Shown: positions 43,990 through 55,714 of the stretch, piece by piece
How the letters are laid out: each line of letters opens with the position of its first letter
Numbering within the stretch: the stretch's first letter is position 1
Source of the DNA: Eledone cirrhosa
Lineage: Eukaryota
Length of the DNA: 64,000 nt
Assembly (NCBI GenBank): GCA_964016885.1
Contig: OZ024752.1
Location: 19,282,001-19,346,000 of the forward strand
Reading direction: 5' to 3'
Made by a program: the position numbers and the translations under genes
Notes under the pieces: generated by a model
What the model saw: the letters and a program-made list of their open reading frames with translations, nothing else
What the model was told of the DNA's origin: nothing
Database searches by the model: none

Positions 43990-44840
43990 AAAAATCAATA
44001 ACAAAGAGTGCAGTACGAACAGTGTTGGTATTAGAGTGAGGGGTGGGGGACAACGTTTCGGGCATAAGCCCTTCATCAGGAGAAAGGTGGGAAGGAAAAG
44101 AGTTCCGAGGGTGTGAGGGGTGGTGGTGGGAAGACAGTAAAAGGGGGAGGGGTGTGTGTGTGAAAAATGAAAACAAGTGGTATGGGGTGTTGGAGGGGTG
44201 GGGTCCGAACGGGGAGTGCGGAAGGTGGTGTGTGTGGATGTGAGTGTGAGAGTTTGGGGGAGAACGAGGTTCCATGTTCGGGTAATAGGAAAACCAGTGT
44301 GTACATGGGGTGGGGTGTAAGTCAGTGTAGATGGAGAGGGGTCGGAGGGGGCGCCCGGAGGACGAGTAGGTGTATGTGAGGATACACACGTGTGTGTGGT
44401 GTGGGAATGTATGGTTGTGTGTGCGCGAAAATAGTGTAAGTGTTTGTGTGTGTTCCTGAATGTTTTCCCGGTGAGTGTGTGGACAGATGGTGAAAAGATC
44501 CGGGTATAAAAAGGTGGATGTCCAGAGCATGTGACCAGTGGTGTAGGATCCGTAGAATTGGTGAGGAGGAAGTAGAAAGTTGTGGGGCACAACAGGAAGT
44601 GGTCAAGAAGGTGAAGGTGCTGGGTTCAGTATGAGTGAGTAATATATACTGGTGTGTGTGTGGTAGGGTGGGTGTTAGTATTAGTGATGGTCGGTGGGGG
44701 AGGTCAAATACTTGTTTTAGACTAAGATTGGAAAATAGTTTCTTTGAGCCAGATAACTGGTCATTCATATCACCTATATCCCATAACTTAACATTTTAAC
44801 AAAAAGGGTTTGATAACATTTTTATTTATGGAATACAGTT
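43990..44840 (-). mobile_element. Probable Penelope-like element 3' region / pLTR with hammerhead motif
   Basis: C/A-rich low-complexity strand. CTGATGA-A-GGGC-TTAT-GCCC-GAAA-CGTT-GTC lies at 44049-44079. The end is homologous to 55100-55570 and abuts (TA)n. Confidence 0.6.
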
Positions 44841-45482
44841 TAAAAGAAAAAAAAAGAGAATTTAGATTAAGAATGGAATGTGAAATAGGAAAATATAAAG
44901 AAAAAACGGAAAAGGGAGGGAATGGCAAGGACTCTAGTGTCACTGGAGAGGAGGATTAGGGCTCTGGGCCATAGGCGCCGGGGTAAAGGGGCTGCACACC
45001 TCTGACAAGACCGCAAAAAAAATAAAATACCTGACTGGAAAAATTAAGTTGTTGGGTTGATATGGTAGAATAAATCTCTTGAGGGTACTGCCACAGCATG
45101 GTCGCAGTCTAATGACTGAAAATAACAAGTCTGTGTTAATGGTCTAAATATTAAATATGTTAGTATAGGTCAACCTGGCTATAAGTTCTATCAATAGTTT
45201 GGTACAATATATAATAGTAAGCAGTGGGAGCACTATATAATAGATGGATGTTTTATTCATGTATAATGATCAGATCAAACTTATAACTATTGTTGGAGGG
45301 ACACAGATGAAATCAATTGGGCTAATCATCCATTCGGTGAAACTAATAAAGAGGAATCATGCAACTACTTTTCATATCTGTAGCAATAGATAAATATTGA
45401 TTGATTGATTGATTGGAATAATAATAAGCACTTCAAATAAATATTGATGTGTATTGTACTGATGAAATAATTTGCTTGATTT

Positions 45483-45748
45483 TGGCTTGATTTCTACAGC
45501 TGGATGCCCTTCCTAACACCAACCTCATTTACAGTGAGTGCTGGGTGCTTTTTTGCCATGGCACCTCCACGACCACTTTGCAGTGGAATGATATGGACCC
45601 CAGTCCTTATCATCTCATTTCTACAGCTGAGTAAACTGGAGCAATGTGAAATAAAGTGTCTTGCTCAAGGAAACAACACATCACCCGGTCTGAGAATTGA
45701 ACTCACAACCTTTCGATTGCAAGGCCAATGCTCTAACCACTAAGCCAT
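45483..45748 (-). mobile_element. Composite SINE segment, near-identical to 33553-33818
   Basis: ORFs 33574..33813 and 45504..45743 differ at only 3 residues. Confidence 0.88.
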
Positions 45749-47730
45749 GTAACATATTTTTTGTTCCCCGGTTCTAAGTGTCATTTCATGGTTTGTTATA
45801 TCCCATTATTATAAAAAAAACACTATTATTTAATCAGAAGTTTGGGTTTGTGGTCAGGAGTTTGATATTTCGAAATTTTCATGTTTTTCAAGAAAAAACA
45901 CATTTTAAAAAAATTTATCAGTTCATATAATTAAATCAACAGAGTATATATTTATTTTATTACACAAGCTTATCAAAAGCAAACAAGTAAAAACAAATAA
46001 CACTTATAAAGCAACTTATACACGTCAGAAATGACTGGATTTCCTGGATTTGTGGTTGTAGTCCAGGTCGCATTCCCGCACTAGCCCCCAGATATAGTCC
46101 CCCATCATTTTTTCATTGTAGTGGCCCTGGTACCTCCGCTCCATCTCTTTCACATCTTGGTGGAATCGTTCGCCTTGTTCTTCTGAGTAGGCGCCCATAT
46201 TGTCCTTGAATTTTTCCAGGTGAGCGTGCAGCATATGGAGTTTAAGCGACATCCTGCATCCCATGGCGCCAAAAGCCTTTATCAGATCTTGCACCAGTTG
46301 CTGGTAGTTTTCAGCTCTGTAGTTGCCCAGGAAGCCCTTAACAACTGCCTTGAAACAGTTCCATGCTGTTCTCTCAATCCTATTGAGCTTATTGGAGAAC
46401 TCGGTAGACTCAAACACCTTCTTTATCTGAGGTCCAACAAAAATTCCACCTTTGATTTTGGCCTCAGATAACTTGGGGAAGAACTCAAGAAGGTACTTAA
46501 AAGCAGCTGATTCTTGGTTGAGAGCCTTCACAAACTGCTTCATCAACCCCAACTTAATGTGCAGTGGCGGCATGAGCACAATCCTGGGATCAACCAGTGG
46601 CTCCCACATGACGTTCCGGGACCCAACTACAAATTCTGTTCGCTGCTCCCAGTTCTTTCTTTTGTAGTGGTCAGAAGTGGCTCTGCTGTCCCAAAGGCAG
46701 AGGAAGCATTGGAATTTGATAAAGCCTCCTTGGAGTCCAAGCAGGAAAGCCACCATCTTGAAGTCTCCAATGATTTCCCAATTGTACTGGTTGTATTGCA
46801 GAGCTTCCAAGAGGACTTTCACACTGTAGTAGTCTTCCTTCAGGCAGACTGAAAGAGCTCGGGGCAGTGTCGGGAACTTGTTTCCATTGTGGAGGAGGAC
46901 AGTCTTCAAACTTGTGGTGGAGCTGTTTATAAACAGCCACCACTCCTTGGGCACAAACGGCACCCCAATAACGTCAAACAGTCCAGGCACGTCATGGCAG
47001 AAGCAGAGGCCATCCCTAAGAGTGTAAAAGCCTGACAAAGGTTCGTGTCAACTTCTCTGACTTGTCACCTGCACTTCCTCCTTGACCAAGTTCTACTGCT
47101 TCATCCTGGAGACGAATAGCTCTGCATTGGACTTGGTCAGACCCATATCCCTGACCAAGTCATTGACTTCTTTTTGGTTTGGGAAGTGAGGAACTTTTTC
47201 TGGTACCTCAGGCAGGTAATCCAAGTCCTCAGCATCCATCTCCTCCTCTTCATCAGAATACTTGTCTTCGAAAATAAATTTGATATGCAATAGAAAATAA
47301 ATATTGGAAAGGGAAATACATATTTAAATAATATAAAAGAACACTAATCATACTAATGAAAATTCGTGCTTAAAACACAACAGGGTGCGAAAATCCAGTA
47401 TCAATAAATCTCTTTAATCCACTTTTTAACAATTTTATACTTTATTGCACTTTTATAATTTTCTTTAGGTATTACTCTTTATTTTATAATTTTAATTTAA
47501 CCTGAAACATATATTAAAAAATCATTTAACATAAGCAAATTAAACTTACATACAACGTAAAATCCAGCATACAAATAATTCTAGTGAATAGCTTAGAATT
47601 TTTACAAACCCCAACTTTTAACTGTTTAATAGCACTTTTTTATTTATTTGGGACCTAAGCAACACAAAAAAAGTGATTACAAGCCAGGAACACCAGGAAG
47701 AGAGAAAAAAAATTTTTTTGTTACACAGTG
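45746..47730 (-). mobile_element. Chapaev3-like (CMC superfamily) DNA transposon, defective
   Basis: The minus strand starts CACTGTGTAACAAAAAAATT at 47730. The opposite end, TGTAACATATTTTTTG, lies at about 45748. A transposase ORF lies inside. Confidence 0.7.
46025..47290 (-). pseudogene. Chapaev3-type transposase, N-terminally deleted, with an in-frame stop near 47093
   Basis: Motifs EWWLFINSSTTSLKTVLLHNGN, IIGDFKMVAFLLGLQGGFIKFQCFLCLWDSR, PPLHIKLGLMKQFVKAL, LSEAKIKGGIFVGPQI and LKLHMLHAHL..GAYSEEQGERFHQD..MERRYQG. The family was assigned from recall. Confidence 0.8.
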
Positions 47731-47747
47731 TTATTTGTTCCAACTTT

Positions 47748-47935
47748 GGCGGTGAATTGGCAGTATCGGTAGAGGGTTGGACGCCATGCTTTGCAGCAAA
47801 GAGTTACGGCCCTTTATGGTCTGAGTTTAAATCCCGCCGAGGTTAACTTTGCCTTTCGTCCTTACGGGGGTGATAAAATAAAGTACCAGTAATGTACTGG
47901 GTAATTGCTGGCTTTGTGCCAAAAATAGAAACAAT
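47748..47935 (+). mobile_element. tRNA-derived SINE copy
   Basis: GGCGGTGAATTGGCAGTATCGGTAGAG...TAGAAACAATTATT. Confidence 0.85.
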
Positions 47936-48666
47936 TATTTGTTCCAACTTTCTATATTTTGAGTTCAAATCCCTCCAATTTCTACGTTGCCTTTCATTCG
48001 TTTGAAGTTGATTAATAAATTACCAGTTCTTTTGTCACAACATGTGACCTTTTCAATGAATATTGCTCCTCTTTATCTGCATTTACTCCATCTTTTCTAT
48101 TTAGTTTCCTCTCTCAGGAAGGGCTTTAATTAATTGATTAGTCAGCTAATTGATGGGTTGTTCTTCTTCCACTTATTCCTGAGAGGGTCATGGGGGCAGA
48201 GTCCTCAAACACTCCTTCCAGCAGGTCTTGTCAGAAGCAACCATCTCTTGGATCCCCAAGCAAGACCAGCCAAGCAGATTGTTACCCATGCCTGGTCTAA
48301 GTGAAGGGTCACTTTCATTTTAAAACACGGGTTGATGGGACTCCTCAGTCACCTTGGTGACAAGTAGCCAATGGTGTCATTCTTGTGATGAAGGTGGACA
48401 AACTGCAGCTCAGTATCCAGCTTCTGAGTAATGGGGATTGAGGACACACTGGCATCACTTGGACAAACAGCATCATATAGATAAACATTGGTGCAATTGT
48501 CCATGGTCCCTAATGAGGGTGGGAAGAGACCAGACAAAGGTAAAGTGCCACACAATAGTATCAAACCCCAAACCTGACAGTTATGAAGCAAGCTTCTTAA
48601 CCACACAGCCATACAGGCTAATAGTTTAGACATGAATTTTTATCTTAACATATCAAGTATTATTAC

Positions 48667-48845
48667 TGGCAGTATCGGTAGAGGGTCGGATGTCATGCTT
48701 TGACGCATAGAGTTACGGCCCTTTCCATTCTGAGTTCAAATCCCGCCGAGGTCAACTTTGCCTTTCATCCTTACGGGGTCGATAAAATAAAGTACCAGTA
48801 ATGTACTGGGTAATTGCTGGCGTTGTGCCAAAAGTAGAAATAATT
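48667..48845 (+). mobile_element. tRNA-derived SINE copy
   Basis: Same family as 34864 and 47748. Confidence 0.85.
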
Positions 48846-49587
48846 ATTACATGATCTGTCACAATATTGAATAGTTAAGTCTTTTATCATTGCTAAAGCT
48901 GACATATATAATCCATGTTCCCTCCACTTTTGTCTAACCACTTACACACACACACACACACACACACACTCTCTCTCTCACATTTTCTATTGTATTTATG
49001 AATATTGATTTTTAGGTAGGTACATGTCCAATTTATTGTAAAGATGTGGAATGTAATCAATATTGATCTCTGCAGGGAACCCAGGACAATAAAATCTACT
49101 ATAATATATTTATTCCCATAAGGATATGCAGGGCTGTCTGGTTAAGGTTAGGTGGGGCTGTCTGCTTTGCAGCCACATGGATTCAGGTTCATTCCCACTG
49201 TGTGACACTATGGAGAAGTGTCTTCTAACTGGAGACTGGGCTTCACCAATGTCCCATCAGTGGAATTTGGTTGACGACAACTGCGTGAGCATATATATGA
49301 GGTTAATTTTCTTTAGTCAAATTACAGCAAAAGCTTCTATTTCTAACTCAATTTCAAACTTTGCTCACTATCTTCAAAACAAAACACTTGCTTATTTATT
49401 ATACTGACTATGAATATATAATTTGAATGGAAAAGGATGGGTGATGTATCGGTGTGATGGTAGCACAGTGGTCTGGATAACCAAAGATGTGGGTTCGATT
49501 CCCATGTACATCAATACTCACCCTTTTCCATTTAGAGAGTTTTAAACCCTACTATCAGGCTAATTTTCTTCTATTTCTAACTATATA

Positions 49588-50878
49588 CAGGGTGCAGACG
49601 ATATTTGTTCGCAAGATTACTGTCTAGGAAAAAATAAGACTAGTTTTATTTTTTAAGATATATTTATCAAACTTGGGTCAGTTTGTCTTCATGACTTGTT
49701 CTTTCGATCTCACTCGATAAACCCGCCATTGGCTTTGATGACGGCCTCGGAACCGGCTACAGGCCTTCGTCGCTGTCCCCCGACTTAGGCTCCTAAAGGC
49801 ACTTGTGATCCTGGCCTTCAGATCATCTTTTGTATTGCAGCTATATCTGTTGGTGTCTCGTTCCACTGCACCCCACACAAAGAAGTCGAGGGGGTTGCAG
49901 TCAGGCGAGCTGGGAGGCCAGATGTCAGGGGAAGTGTGGTCGACGAAGTTCTCTGACAGCCAGGCTTGGGTCTTTTGGCTGGTATGGCAGGGTGCTGAGT
50001 CTTGCTGTCACACGTACAGCCTACCTGGTCAATCCAGGGCTTTACTACCTCGCTCAGAACGCGGATGTAGCCATCGGTGTTCAGCTTGAGGCCCTCAGGG
50101 AAGAAGTGAGGTGGCATGACGTCACCTTGACTGCTGATGACACTTAAGACCAATGTTGTCGCTGGAAACTTTGTCTGCATGACTCTGGGCACGTCTTTGG
50201 ATGAGACAGCGAGCCACCTGTTGTTCTGGGAGTTGATCTTCTGGTATTGGCAGAAGTTTTTCTCGTCAGAGAAAAACCACAGCATGTCTGGCTCCAGTGG
50301 GTGTTTCAACTTGTTGGTCAGCTTCTTTGTGTGCTTCAGTGCTTCAGTTGCTTTTCTTGCATCGCCTTTGACAGAAATTGTCCTTTCCTCATCTTGTATG
50401 AAACGTAGCGAATGTCTTCATGTACCACCAGCCTAATGAGCTTTTCATCCACGCCTTTCTCCCTTGCAATGGCACGCATCGACTTGCTAGGTTCATTGTT
50501 GATGAAATCCTGAACTTCAGATACGAACTCGGGCGTTCTGAAGGCGTCAGATCGTCGATCATGTGTTTTCCTCTCTGATGTTGCTTCGTAGTCGAATCCT
50601 GAATCTTCCAATTCCTTTCTGACCTTTTCCCCCATTCTTCTGCTGACGCTGAGAAAGTCTGAAATTTCCTTATTTGTCCTCCCGGTGCAGATTCCAAGAA
50701 GAACTCCGTGTCTCTTCCACAAATTTGGAGGTTCAAAATTATTCATAATCAATTATTCTGAAAATAAATAATGGAAATATAGTCACTGTTTTTATGAAGA
50801 CAAGAGTGATAACGGAAGTAAAAAAAATTTGCATAAAATTAGCAGTTGAAAATTGCGAACAACTATCGTCCACAGCTA
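49588..50878 (-). mobile_element. Full-length Tc1/mariner DD37D (maT) transposon, inactive
   Basis: TIRs CAGGGTGCAGACGATATTTGTTCGCAA / TTGCGAACAACTATCGTC-CACAGCTA sit in a TA context. Length is about 1.29 kb. Confidence 0.93.
49678..50752 (-). pseudogene. DD37D transposase with frameshifts
   Basis: HTH N-terminus (50336..50752) and WFFSDEKNF. Manual translation gives QQDSAPCH...WPPSSPDCNPLDFFVWG, with 37 residues between the second and third Asp. Confidence 0.9.
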
Positions 50879-50949
50879 TATATATATAGCCATCATGAAC
50901 AGCATCATTTAACATCCAATTTTGTTGTTGAAGAAGGGATGATTCTGGC

Positions 50950-51437
50950 TTTCTTCAAGAGCATCCGAGTGGGGAAGAGCTGGTGGTAGTGTGGGTTTCC
51001 ATATTTTTAGAACAGAATATCCGAGTTTCACACTGTGTCTATTAAAGATAGGTATGTATTTATGCCCTATAGGGAAGTGCTTGTCTAGGAGCACCAAGAA
51101 TTTCTTACCTAGATTAGTTCTAACTCTAAGTGAGAAGAGTGGACAGAACTAAATTATTTTTTTTATTTCTACTGGTAGTGTGATTAGGAGGGAAGTAAGA
51201 AATGTTATCAGAGAAGCCGCCGTTAGCTAACGCAGTGTTATAGTAAGGTGCCGCTTTGTCAAAGATGGCTTTGTTACAAGAAAGATTAGAAATTCTAGTA
51301 CTGATGTTTTTGACAAAGTTTTTAAAGGCTGTATGTGGTGACATGAGTCCTTGTGTATATAAGTTACTTTTTCATTAAGTTTGTGGAAAGGGCTGATTGT
51401 GTGTGTGAAGGTCTAGGTTGATGTCTAAATAATTTGC
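50950..51437 (-). pseudogene. Penelope-like RT thumb/linker fragment
   Basis: KNISTRISNLSCNKAIFDKAAPYYNTAL and FLVLLDKHFPIGHKYIPIFNRHSVKLGYS resemble the PLE region between the RT and GIY-YIG domains. Confidence 0.75.
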
Positions 51438-51816
51438 ACTATATATATGCTGATATGTAGAGCAGCCAGCCATGGAAAACTTGCCAAGGGTTGGGAGGAC
51501 CTTGTATCAAGGAGATGATAGCCTTCATAGTATTGGTAATCTGCATGATAAACACACCCAGTACATGCTGTAAATTTGTTGATGTTAGGAAGGTCATCCA
51601 GCTATAGAAAACTTGCCAAACAAGGGGTTCGGAGGACCCTTCAGGTTGTGTCAAAAGACATGACAACTTCCTCTTCACTTGATAGAATGTATGACCATAC
51701 ATAAGCAAGATAGAGACCTCTCGGCTTGTCTGGGAAGTGTGTAGCCCTGCTTCAGTACTGACTTATGCAGACCTGTCCAACCCTTGCTAGCAGGGAAAGC
51801 GGATGTTAAATGATGA

Positions 51817-51853
<37 letters not shown>

Positions 51854-51929
51854 CGGAAGAAATGTGGTAAGGAACCAAGTGGACCATAACGCACCAAAGT
51901 ACTCAATACTTAGGGTAGTAGAGTGGGTA

Positions 51930-52059
51930 ATAGGAATGAATAGGACCCCGACGGCTGAGCTCAAGCCGTTTCGACGGCTAATTCTGGACTAAAAAATTTT
52001 TTTAGTCCAGAATTAGCCGTCGAAACGGCTTGAGCTCAGCCGTCGGGGTCCTACTCATT

Positions 52060-52064
<5 letters not shown>
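51930..52064. repeat. Near-perfect 135-bp palindrome built from a half hammerhead
   Basis: ATAGGAATGAATAGGACCCCGACGGC...GGACTAAAAAA|TTTTTTTAGTCC...GCCGTCGGGGTCCTACTCATTCCTAT. A 45-bp piece of one arm also lies at about 41866-41909. Confidence 0.97.
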
Positions 52065-52103
<39 letters not shown>

Positions 52104-52129
52104 TATATATTTACTATCCGTTCCATAAA

Positions 52130-52290
52130 TGAAATGAAAACGTTAATTATGTTAGAGTTTCCATTCAAACGACCCTAGAAATGTTAAAAGGCCATAGTTA
52201 ACAGCTTTCAACAAAGAATCTCTAGACTCTCAACCAATAAGGAAATTTTGGACAATAAGGCTAAATACTATAATGACGCGTTAAGTAGAG
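52130..52290 (+). pseudogene. Penelope-like RT fragment
   Basis: QQRISRLSTNKEILDNKAKYYNDALSRAGY, homologous to 51126..51344. Confidence 0.65.
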
Positions 52291-52449
52291 CAGGTTACCC
52301 CCCCCCCCCCCCCCCCCCGTATATAAACCAACATTCATTTAATATCAATACTAATGCACATACATCTCACAACAATTGTAATAATGTTAATATCTGTAAC
52401 AGAAGTCAAAGTACTAGGCAAAATCAGTCATATAATCGAAACCTATAAA

Positions 52450-55090
52450 ACCATCATCACCGTTTTACATCCATTCTTCTGTATTACTGTGTGACACCAG
52501 AGGTCTCAGTCATTTGAGAGGTACATTTGGGCAAGGTCAGCTTTTATCACCTCGTCCCAGGTCTTCTTGGGTCTCCCCACTCCATGGCTTCCATCGACAT
52601 TTAGTGCTCTGCACCTTTTTATGCAACTGTCATCCTTCATATGCATCACGTGTCCATACCAAAGCAACCTCCTCGCCTGCACACAGCATTTGATACCTCT
52701 TACGCTCAGACTCTCTCTCAATTCGTTAATGCTTAGCCGTTCGTGTATATTACTATTACACATCCATCGGAGTATGCAAGCTTTGTTTCTTTCTAATCTA
52801 TGCAAGTCTTCTGCACACAGCGCCCAGGTCTCACTGCCATGCAACATTGCTGTTTGTATGCACGCATCATACAGTCTGCCTTTCATTTTGAGGGAAAAGC
52901 CTTTTGCAGCTAGCAGTAGTAGTATATCCCTGAACTTCTTCCACCCCGTTCTTACCCTGGTTACTGTACTCTCAGAACACCCAGCTCTGCTGCTAATTCG
53001 GTCACCTAGGTAGCAAAAGCTGTCTACTGTTTCTTCAGAGCCCTCCCAGAATTTGGTAGTGCTTGTTTCCTGTGGCCGTTTGCTGCTTACTGTCCTGGTG
53101 CAACTGCTACATGTAAAGCCTATATTCTTAACTAAACTTCCTGAGATCCCACTACATCTCTTGTGTACCCATAGTTTGCTTTTGAGGAAGAGGATGGAAT
53201 TTCTACCTACACTTTTCCTACATACTGAACAAATCCCATTTCTCTGAGGTGATCTGGGTTCTGTTTTCTCATCTACTTACAAGGACCTTAATCTTTTTCA
53301 GGTTGACTTTGAGACCCCTTCTTTCTAGTCCCTGCTTCCATGTTTGGAATTTCTTCTCTAGTTCCACCATAGATTCAGCTATAAGTTTAAGATTATCCGT
53401 GTACAGAAGTTCCCCTGGGCATCTGGTCTTAAACTCCTCTGTTATAGCCTGCAATAAGATAATAAACAGGAGAGGGCTAAGAACAGAGCCCTGGTGCACA
53501 CTGACCTGTACGATAAATTCCTTGCTATAGTCATTGCTAACCCTAACTTTCCTGACTGCTCCCCTATACATGGTTTGTACAGCCTTCACAAACCATTCAC
53601 CTACTCCTAGTTTTCTAAGGGCACACCAGATTATAGCATGGGGCACTCTGTCGAAGGCTTTTTCCAGATCGACAAATGCCGGGTAGAGTGGTTTACTTTT
53701 AGCTAGGTACTTTTCCTGTAACTGCCTCACAAGGAAGAGGGCATCAGTGGTGCTTTTGCCTGGCACAAACCCAAACTGCATCTCATCTAGATTTACCCGG
53801 TCCCTAATCAACTGTGCTATAACTTTTTCTGTGACTTTCATGACTGGGTTCATCAGCTTTATACCTCTATAGTTTCCTCTATCTAGTGCATCACCTTTAC
53901 CCTTGTAGCAGTTGACAATGATACTGCTGCACCAATCCTTTGGTATGACGCCCTCTGGTATTACCTGGTTAACAATACGTGTGGTTATGGTGTGACCTAC
54001 CGACACAGATGCTTTCAGCATCTTGGCAGCTATACCTGATGGACCGGTTGCCTTCCCAGTCTTCATATCTTTAATTGCCTTACTTACTATGCTGCTGCTG
54101 ACTTGTACTGCTGGCCCCTCTATAGGGTCCACTTGGGGTAGAATCTCTTTCTCCCATGCGTTCTCCTCATTTAGTAATCTATCATAATGTCTCTTCCATG
54201 CTTCTTTCTTCTCAGCACTTGTGAGGGCAAGCTCACCTTTATCATTCCGGGCAAACTTCTCTAACACACTGCCTCACAATCTTGAATGCCTCCTGTTTCT
54301 GGTCCTCACGTTGCAAAACATGCTTGAATCTTCTATCCTCCGCTTCCCTTCTACCTAAGTATACTTGTCGCCTGGCTTCCCTCCTGGTCTCTATGTAATG
54401 TACCCTGCTTCCCCCGTTATTCCATTTTTTTCATGCCTGTCTCTTGGCCTTAATTGCTTCGTCTACCTTATTGTTCCACCACCAAGTCACTCTCCTCCTG
54501 CCTGTAGTCTTGCTCCAACCACAAATCTCATCTGTCGCCTCTAGTAAGTTATTTTTTAGGAACTCCCAGTGCTCTTCTATATTGAATGAATATCTGTTCT
54601 TCTTTACTGTCATAGGCGACAAGTAAAATATGTCTGAATTTGTTACTGGCCAAGCGATCTTTCAGCTTCCAGATCTTTCTTCTCCAGGTTGCCTTTTGTT
54701 TCAAAGTTCGTCTAGCTCTGACAATGAGGTTGCTGACTACTAGGCTGTGTTGGGAGGTACATTCTTCCCCCGGGATGGCTTTTGTGTTTACAATTGTCCA
54801 TCTATCTCATCCTCTGGTAAGGATAAAATCTATCTGACTAGAATGGTCCCCTGATCTATAGGTAATCAGATAGTTGTCGGGTTTTTTGTGTTCATTAAAG
54901 TCTGCAATGATTAGGAAGTCGTTGTTATTTGTTAGAGTGGTAGTGTGCATTAAAGACTAGTAAAACCTATCCTTAAGTTTGTGTGGCAACCCTGATTGGG
55001 GTGCGTAAGCTGATCTAATTGTAGCAATTGTTTTATTCAGGACTAGTCTGAGTTTAATGATTCTTGCATTCACCTTGTTCACTGAGATTA
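52450..55090 (-). mobile_element. Decayed RTE-like LINE, copy A (APE endonuclease, RT, C-terminus)
   Basis: SAYAPQSG (endonuclease), YKGKGDALDRGNYRGIKL, QFGFVPGKSTTDA, FVDLEKAFDRV, HQGSVLSPLLF and RLLWYGHV...GRPKKTW. There are several stops and frameshifts. Confidence 0.93.
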
Positions 55091-55099
55091 CATATGTGT

Positions 55100-55570
55100 A
55101 TATCCCCCTGACACCCTCTCGGAACTCCTCTCCTTCCCACCATTCTCCTGACGAAGGGCTTATGCCCCAAACGGCGTCCACCCCCTCACACTCTCAAGCG
55201 TGAACCTAATACCTAACACCTTTTGTAACTGTACTCCTTGTTGTTATTTACTTTTCCGCTCGGACACGCCGCCTCCTTCTCCCCACTCCACCCACCACCA
55301 CCCCTACACGCCCCACACCCTTCCACCACTTGTTTATCTTCATGTTTATTTTTATTTTTATTATTTTTTTACATTTATTTTCATTTGTACCCCTTCCACC
55401 GTTCCCCCTCCCTTTTTCTAAATGTCTCTCCCCCACTACCCTACACACCCTTGGAACTCTCTTCCCACACTTTTCACCTAAAGAACGGTTTATGCCCGAA
55501 ACGTCCTCCCCCACTCTCAAGAGCGTGAAACTAATAAACCTTTGTTCGTACTGCTTCTCTGTTTTGTTCC
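55100..55570 (+). repeat. Tandem pair of pLTR-like units, each with a hammerhead-like motif, 330 bp apart
   Basis: CTGACGA-A-GGGC-TTAT-GCCC-CAAA..GTC at 55148 and CTAAAGA-A-CGGT-TTAT-GCCC-GAAA-CGTC at 55478. Both share the flanks GGAACTC..CTTCCCAC and CACTCTCAAG..GCGTGAA. Confidence 0.7.
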
Positions 55571-55714
55571 CATTCCATTTTTCACTATATATATATATAT
55601 ATATATAGTTATAGTTATACTTTGGGAGGGTCATGCTGCCAATAAAAACACACGCACCTGTTGGTTTTCACTTCAATTTATTATAAATTTCCAGGTGGTT
55701 GCTTGGTTCATTTC

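Noticed and set aside
43955-44768. His/Pro/Thr-rich ORFs of about 210 aa
   Set aside because: They are open in all three minus frames because of C/A-rich low complexity and are better explained as a retroelement UTR/pLTR.
49455-49510. tRNA gene (GGTAGCACAGTGG...GGTTCGATTCCC)
   Set aside because: A/B boxes are present but there is no convincing cloverleaf. It is more likely a SINE head.
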